A stretch of DNA of 55,677 nt from Girardia tigrina (taxonomy: Eukaryota), in assembly GCA_001938485.1 (NCBI GenBank), contig MQRK01180641.1, positions 9,387 through 65,063 of the forward strand, in the 5' to 3' direction. This document shows positions 52,691 to 55,677 of this stretch, piece after piece (positions within the stretch are counted from its first letter, which is position 1; each line of letters opens with the position of its first letter). Both the position numbers and the translations under genes were made by a program. A model generated the notes under the pieces. That model was given only the letters and a program-made list of their open reading frames with translations. It was not told where the DNA came from and made no database searches.

Positions 52691-53164
52691 ATTTGCCATT
52701 AAATCTAAATGTTATATATATATATATATACGAAAAAATTGATTTTTCATAAATTTTTTGAAAATGTTAATGTGGAATCTGAATTTACATATATGGATTT
52801 CTATTCAAGTGCATCAGTACTTTTTTGATATTCTGCTTACTTGTACCCCGAAAATCGATGTGCATTTTGTTTAAATTTGCACATTATGTTAATTATAAGA
52901 AAATGTAATCAATATATGAAAGTTCTAATTGCACATTCAGATAGAGAATCAAAATGTGCATGAAAATTTGATATTGATTTTTGACACTAGAACTTTTAAA
53001 AAATTTTATGTATTGATTTTTCCACTTTTGTACATGTGCAGCGTAGATAGCAATGTCTTAGCACATTGAAAATGTGCAGCACAATGTGCACTATCCATTG
53101 GCACTTAAAAATATGGATTAGCACATTTGGGCACTTTACAGCGATCGATTAGCACTTTTTTCTT

Positions 53165-53550
53165 CGATTGCTAAGGAAAGGGTCACGGTTGCTATGGATA
53201 TGGTAACCGTTACCATGGTTAAAAACGTTTTAAATTACTGTATCCGTTGCTAATGTAAACGGTTCCTTGGTTACCATTCCTAGGGTGATCGGAACCGTTG
53301 CTAAGGTAGTCAGAACCGTTTCTAGGGTAATCTGAACCGTTGCTAGGGTAATTAGAAGCGTTGCTAAGGTGATCAGAACCGTTGCTAGGGTTCCGGGAAC
53401 CAATCAGAAGCGTTGTCAAGTTAACCGGAACCGTTGTAATGAGGATCGAAACAGTTGCCATGGAAACCGGAATTTTGGCCATGGTAACCGCGACCGTTGC
53501 TCTGGTAACTGGAACCGTTGCCATGGCAACGGGTAACTTTCTGGGGGGTC
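53165..53550. repeat. 21-bp-period minisatellite of RFX X-box-like palindromes
   Basis: Unit ~GAACCGTTGCTAGGGTAATCA; includes GTTGCCATGGAAAC (53454-53467) and GTTGCCATGGCAAC (53517-53530). Confidence 0.85.
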
Positions 53551-53574
53551 AATTATTGATTGATGTCGAACATA

Positions 53575-53960
53575 CATTTTCCCCCTACTACTGTATAATT
53601 TTAAAACCAATGGACCATGCTTTCCGATTGCCATAGTCAGCGACATATTTTTGCCCCTGTTTGTTGGAATGACTGTATAGGCTGGTAATCCTCTCTTCGA
53701 TCATCCGAATTTCCTAGTTATCTATAAATTAAAGCTAATTTCGTCAATGAAGATACATTGAATCATTCGCCAACCTTTATCGAGAAATCGGTATACATAT
53801 TCAAATCGGAGCTCCTTTACTCGGTCAAAATTCTATTCTTGAATGGAGCCCTTGATTTTCTTTAGCGTAATTAATTTTCACGTGAAGAATCTTGGAATTG
53901 TAGATTTAGATACATTGATTTCTTAGGTGTCCTGAATGTATCTCTTGATTCGTAATTCAA
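53575..53960 (-). mobile_element. IS630/Tc1-like transposase fragment
   Basis: INVSKSTI.R...ITLKK...CIFIDEISFNL..TRKFG*SKRG.PA....PTNRGKNMSLTMAI. Confidence 0.8.
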
Positions 53961-54441
53961 AATTCGTAATTTTACATATATTTTTAAATTTTAAATTCTT
54001 ACTTTTAAGTGATAATAAATAGGGTGAGTATCAGCCATGTATCGGCTTGTGTATGCAGGCATTGTATATATGTATGGTGTGTATTATGGTAAGATTTTTT
54101 TTCCTATATTTAACACTACTGTTAAATGTCGATTACTATTTTTATATTCTGCTTATAATTATTTTATAATTTTTCATTGACTATTTATTTTTAGATGGCC
54201 TATTTTTATATGCATTTTTGAAGTCAATCAAAGATTCACCACTATTAGCTCCAAGACAGTAATTTAGACGATTCTTAGACGTGGATAGCTGTAATTAATT
54301 TCAGTTTCGTTATATTCGATAATATTTAATTGATAATGTATTTTCAGATTATCTATTTTACACCAGATTTTGACCATTAAATGTAAATTCAATATAATTC
54401 TCTAAAAAGAACTGTAATATCTAATATATCATATATATTAA

Positions 54442-55102
54442 TGGTCGCGTTGCGATTCCATTTTTACTTATTTTTTTAACCATTTGTTAAAAATAAAATT
54501 AAATAATTAAAATTGATTTAAAAATTAATTAAAAATAAAAATTAAATTAATTCAATTAAATATATATAAGTATATATATATGTATATATATATAAATAAA
54601 TATACATATGGTCATCGCGTTCATATGGTTTTGCGATGATTGCTGTAAAACCATTGAGACTCCTCACATTTCCCATATACAGTTTGAACAATCCCTCGTT
54701 CTTTATAATTTCGACTGTCACACCCAATTTACCTTTATTTTCACCATATTTTTTTTGCAGCCAAACAATATTCACAAGAACAATTAAACGGACAATTGAA
54801 GTTCATTTCTTATTCGAATTCGTTGTTTTCGCTGCGGTTCATTGTGTTAATTTTTTTGATTAATCATAGATTAATCATAATTTCTAGTGATTAAAAATCA
54901 CTTTGATTCTAATTATCGATGGGGGAGGTGTGGTGCATGGTTTTGTGTGTTTTGGTTTGAATGCTCCAATTGTCTGCCAGTATGTGTGTGCGTGTTGTGT
55001 GAGTGAGTGCGGTGTGTGTGTGTTGCGTCCAATAGGACGAGAAATGTAAAACGTGACGGTGTCACAATTAACAATGAATTTGAAATGTGAATATAATTCA
55101 CA
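54442..55102 (+). mobile_element. Copy 2 of the PBS-like/(TA)n/GT-block repeat family
   Basis: 54442-54640 is the reverse-complement homologue of 4395-4691; purine tract GATGGGGGAGG then TGTG...CACA block 54929-55102. Confidence 0.6.
54671..54775 (-). pseudogene. Mitochondrial carrier (SLC25)-like fragment
   Basis: KGKLGVTVEIIKNEGLFKLYMG fits the carrier repeat motif G..x..I.K.EG..xLYxG; the match is short. Confidence 0.5.
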
Positions 55103-55223
55103 ATTTGTTTAAAAATAAAAATTTGGAATTTGTGATTAAATAATCAGTGCTATTATTGATATTTCTTTTTTCTTAAAAAAGAAAAATTTAAATCCCATTC
55201 AAAACCGACAATAAATAAATATA

Positions 55224-55677
55224 ATGAGTGGTTTGCCACCCACCGGTCAGAAAGTGTCGACCAGAAGTAAAACGGCTTCATTTAAACGGCCAATCTCATG
55301 TGATATATCGGATTCAAAAAAAGAAAAAGGATTATTTTCAAAATTAAAAAAGGGATCTTCGAATTCTCGACTCGATGAAGAATCACAGTATCGACATAAT
55401 AGAATTCAAGGCAGAAATTTCGATTCAGATGATGATGAATATGAAATTGATAATGGAGAAACTGAAGTTACGCNNNNNNNNNNNNNNNNNNNNNNNNNNN
55501 NNNNNNNNNNNNNNNNNNNNNNACTTGTTGGAAATTTATTATCTTATTTATTGGAACATAATATCAACTACAACAGCCTGCTTTTCTATTTTGTTGTACA
55601 ACATTACAAATATTCAATTCACAATAAAGAATTACAAAAAGAACATTTAAGAATTATTAATGAAATAAATACTACTT
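55224..55677 (+). CDS. Open frame running off the window (gag-like or unknown); absent from the ORF track
   Basis: MSGLPPTGQKVSTRSKTASFKRP...DSDDDEYEIDNGETEVT, gap, then LVGNLLSYLLEHN...RIINEINTT in the same frame with no stop. Confidence 0.55.
   Translation, partial: MSGLPPTGQKVSTRSKTASFKRPISCDISDSKKEKGLFSKLKKGSSNSRLDEESQYRHNRIQGRNFDSDDDEYEIDNGETEVTXXXXXXXXXXXXXXXXXLVGNLLSYLLEHNINYNSLLFYFVVQHYKYSIHNKELQKEHLRIINEINTT

Noticed and set aside
54442-55263. TGGTCG...CGACCA as TIRs of a DNA transposon
   Set aside because: Only 6 bp, no TSD, and the right arm lies inside the 55224 ORF.

Overview
Very AT-rich, gapped eukaryotic (animal) scaffold. The composition, (TA)n microsatellites and transposon repertoire resemble a flatworm such as a planarian, which is an inference. 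Most of the window is decayed transposons: Tc1, mariner and IS630-like fragments, two TSD-bounded hAT elements, Chapaev3, piggyBac-, Tc2- and MULE-like MITEs, a Helitron end, BEL/Pao and Gypsy remnants, and Penelope remnants with hammerhead ribozymes. Host-like coding sequence is sparse: a large minus-strand exon of an unknown membrane protein (21452-22562, probable upstream exon 33943-34062) and a divergent cyclin-box gene (12169-12771). Four observations stand out. (1) A repeat family present twice (~1029-4691 minus; 54442-55677 plus) keeps a conserved PBS-like end, a (TA)n leader and a ~173-bp GT-rich block, but carries different intronless host-gene fragments (ARID4 Tudor, endophilin BAR-SH3, SLC25-like). 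(2) A Gypsy LTR family ends TG...TA instead of TG...CA in four independent TSD-bounded insertions. (3) A 21-bp-period array of RFX X-box motifs. (4) Minimal hammerhead ribozymes. All family assignments are by eye from remembered motifs; no database search was run.
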